Source: Planctomycetota bacterium
GTDB taxonomy: Bacteria; Planctomycetota; B15-G4
Direction of reading: 5' to 3'
Length of the DNA stretch: 35,450 nt
Assembly: GCA_036229545.1 (NCBI GenBank)
Contig: JAZALG010000105.1
Coordinates: forward strand, 1-35,450
Part shown: one piece after another, positions 33,746 through 35,450 of the stretch
How the letters are laid out: each line of letters starts with the position of its first letter
How positions within the stretch are numbered: position 1 is the first letter of the stretch
Made by a program: the position numbers and the translations under genes
The notes under the pieces: model-generated
What the model was told of the DNA's origin: nothing
What the model saw: only the letters and a program-made list of their open reading frames with translations
Database searches by the model: none

Positions 33746-34732
33746 TTAGCCGGGGGTGGCCTCCCGAACCGTGAGGAGTGCATCTGCCGTGGCAAGGGAG
33801 GTGCCCGGATCCAAAAAAGATCGCCTGACATACCCCAATGCCCGGGTGATATCGGCTGTGGGGTCGTAGGCAAAGGAAGTGAGGACCCCGGCTGTCTTTC
33901 CTTCCTGTTCTCCCGTGCCGGTTAAATCTGCAGGGGAATTCAGGGGGGCCACCCCGGACGTTTCAAGACGAACCAACTTCCTGGATACCTGGCCGAGGTT
34001 TGCGATCCGAGCCACGACCTCCTGGCCTGGATAGCAGCCCTTTGTGACGGAGACCCAGGCATCGAGGCCTGCCTCAAGAGGGATGACGCCCCCGGAAAGA
34101 TCCGCTTCAAACCAGGGAATGCCCTGTTCGAGCCGGACGACATCGAGGGCATCTTGTTCGACGCGCACGCCTCCCGCTACAGTCAGTCGGTTGCTCAAAT
34201 CGTCCGAATCATCGACATCCACGATGATGTCGAAACCCTCAAGGCCGCAGAGACGAGAGGTGACCACCGCCCGTATCCCGGGAACGGAGGCCCCCTCATA
34301 GGCAGCAAGGCCATCTTCTTCGGTCGGCGTGGGAAGCTCCGCCATGTCCATGACTTCGCGGCTCCGAGGTCCGAGGACGGAGTGGATACGCGTTTGATTC
34401 GAGAGGTCCTCGACCTCGACGGCTTCATTGATGATGTACATCTCGAGGAGTTTCAGGATGGCCTCGCGACTCGCGGCCGGAATATCCAGAAAGACGCTCT
34501 CTTCGAGGGTGAGGATTCTCAGATCTGCTTGAAGGCGTCCCTTCCCGTCCATCAGTGTGGCCAGAATGCACTTTCCTTGAGGGGCATCCTGGATGGGATT
34601 GCTCCCGATGCGGTCCAGCCAGGTACGGTGATCTTCGCCGGTCACGAGAAGGGTGGTGCGAAGGCCCGCCTCCAACACACCACAGGCTTCCCGCAGGGCT
34701 TCGATGTCGAGTACAGAGGCCTGATCTGGCAT
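33746..34732 (-). CDS. ygfZ: Folate-binding Fe-S cluster repair/tRNA-modification protein YgfZ (GcvT-like)
   Basis: YgfZ signature KGCYPGQEVVARI. I prefer ATG 34732 (an AGGA SD 9 nt upstream) over TTG 34801. Confidence 0.85.
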   Translation of the reverse strand: MPDQASVLDIEALREACGVLEAGLRTTLLVTGEDHRTWLDRIGSNPIQDAPQGKCILATLMDGKGRLQADLRILTLEESVFLDIPAASREAILKLLEMYIINEAVEVEDLSNQTRIHSVLGPRSREVMDMAELPTPTEEDGLAAYEGASVPGIRAVVTSRLCGLEGFDIIVDVDDSDDLSNRLTVAGGVRVEQDALDVVRLEQGIPWFEADLSGGVIPLEAGLDAWVSVTKGCYPGQEVVARIANLGQVSRKLVRLETSGVAPLNSPADLTGTGEQEGKTAGVLTSFAYDPTADITRALGYVRRSFLDPGTSLATADALLTVREATPG

Positions 34733-34763
34733 GGCTTTTATCCTAACCGGTTCGCAGAGGTCG

Positions 34764-35450
34764 CTAACGCGGAGAGGGCACTTGTCCGCCGATTTTCTCA
34801 AGGATTCGTCGCGTTGCCGTGGTCATGGGCAGATCCGGCGATGCGGTGTTGATCCACTGCAGAGGACGCTTGACCCGACCGCTTTGAATGTTCACTCGCC
34901 AGGGGAGAAGGGTGATCTTTGATGTGGTGATCGTGTGGCGGTGGGGAGGCAGAGGATCTTTGCAAGTGACCTCAAGGCCCAGAGTCCTCATGTGCATCAC
35001 AAGGAGATGGGGAGAGTCGAGGTGATCGGACTCCGGCCCGGAGAGGTCAACTTCTCGGGAGGGGAGTTCGTGAAACCCCTCGTTTGGGGAGGAATGGCGC
35101 TGTGTCATGAGTACTCGACTTCCTCTCTGTGCGATCCCGGCGAGAAAAACGCGTCGGATGAGTGGCTGCCGGCGGGGCAGTTCTGGAAACCGTGTCGGGG
35201 TGCCCAGGGCATGGGCTTGGCAGTGATCGCTGAGAGGACAGAGGCGACAGTCGGGGTTCTTGGGGCGACACAGGGTGGCCCCGAGTTCCATCATGGCTTG
35301 ATTGAAATCACCTGGACGATTGGGATCGAGCAATTCGGAAGCGGTCCGTTGTACGAAATGGCGGGGCGCGCCCTGCCTTGGATTTCCCCTCAGTGCTGAG
35401 AGGCGGGTGATGACCCGTTCCACATTGCCATCGACCGCCGGAGCGGGTTC
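34764..35450 (-). CDS. mutY: A/G-specific adenine DNA glycosylase, C-terminal part (gene runs off the window end)
   Basis: The frame stays open to the window edge and reads ...VDGNVERVITRL. Then FNQAMMELGATLCRPKNPDCRLCPLSDHCQA (4Fe-4S loop) and a NUDIX-like C-terminal domain. Confidence 0.88.
   Translation of the reverse strand, partial: EPAPAVDGNVERVITRLSALRGNPRQGAPRHFVQRTASELLDPNRPGDFNQAMMELGATLCRPKNPDCRLCPLSDHCQAHALGTPTRFPELPRRQPLIRRVFLAGIAQRGSRVLMTQRHSSPNEGFHELPSREVDLSGPESDHLDSPHLLVMHMRTLGLEVTCKDPLPPHRHTITTSKITLLPWRVNIQSGRVKRPLQWINTASPDLPMTTATRRILEKIGGQVPSPR

Overview
This is a high-GC, densely coded bacterial chromosomal segment with about 38 protein genes. I found no rRNA, tRNA, CRISPR array, transposase or integrase. 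Excisionase-type HTH genes, long N-terminal extensions and sulfation genes fit a Planctomycetes/PVC-like genome, but that is inference only. Many track ORFs begin at GTG/TTG and many genes overlap by 1-4 nt, so I re-evaluated starts by hand.

Layout:
- 1-6092 (minus strand): housekeeping genes rdgB', rph, birA, a FliA-like sigma factor, an orphan gene next to a roughly 400-bp AT-rich spacer, apt and argS.
- 6205-9167 (minus strand): a sulfotransferase, a polytopic membrane protein and a NUDIX hydrolase.
- 9189-20090 (plus strand): a PyrK-like protein with no PyrD, then a tightly coupled nine-gene string: thiolase, hbd, acyl-CoA dehydrogenase, meaB, a B12-binding mutase small subunit, a small HTH protein, a second acyl-CoA dehydrogenase, a 734-aa GreA-like protein and a nitroreductase-methyltransferase-like fusion.
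- 20112-28622 (minus strand): the most unusual region. Eight genes interleave sulfate activation (sat, cysC) with three NPP/alkaline-phosphatase-superfamily enzymes. Two paralogous ribbon-helix-helix (RHH) proteins bracket these genes and an unknown membrane protein ends the operon. A TPR-like lipoprotein is transcribed divergently.
- 29437-35450: housekeeping genes queF, thiO, fabI, sfsA, ygfZ and mutY'.

The signal I rate highest is a shared extreme C-terminal peptide, acidic-[IL]-x-[KR]-L-x-x-L-G-Y-[ILV]. It occurs on both RHH proteins and on the lipoprotein, with a degenerate copy on CysC. All functional calls rest on motifs read by eye. No database search was possible.
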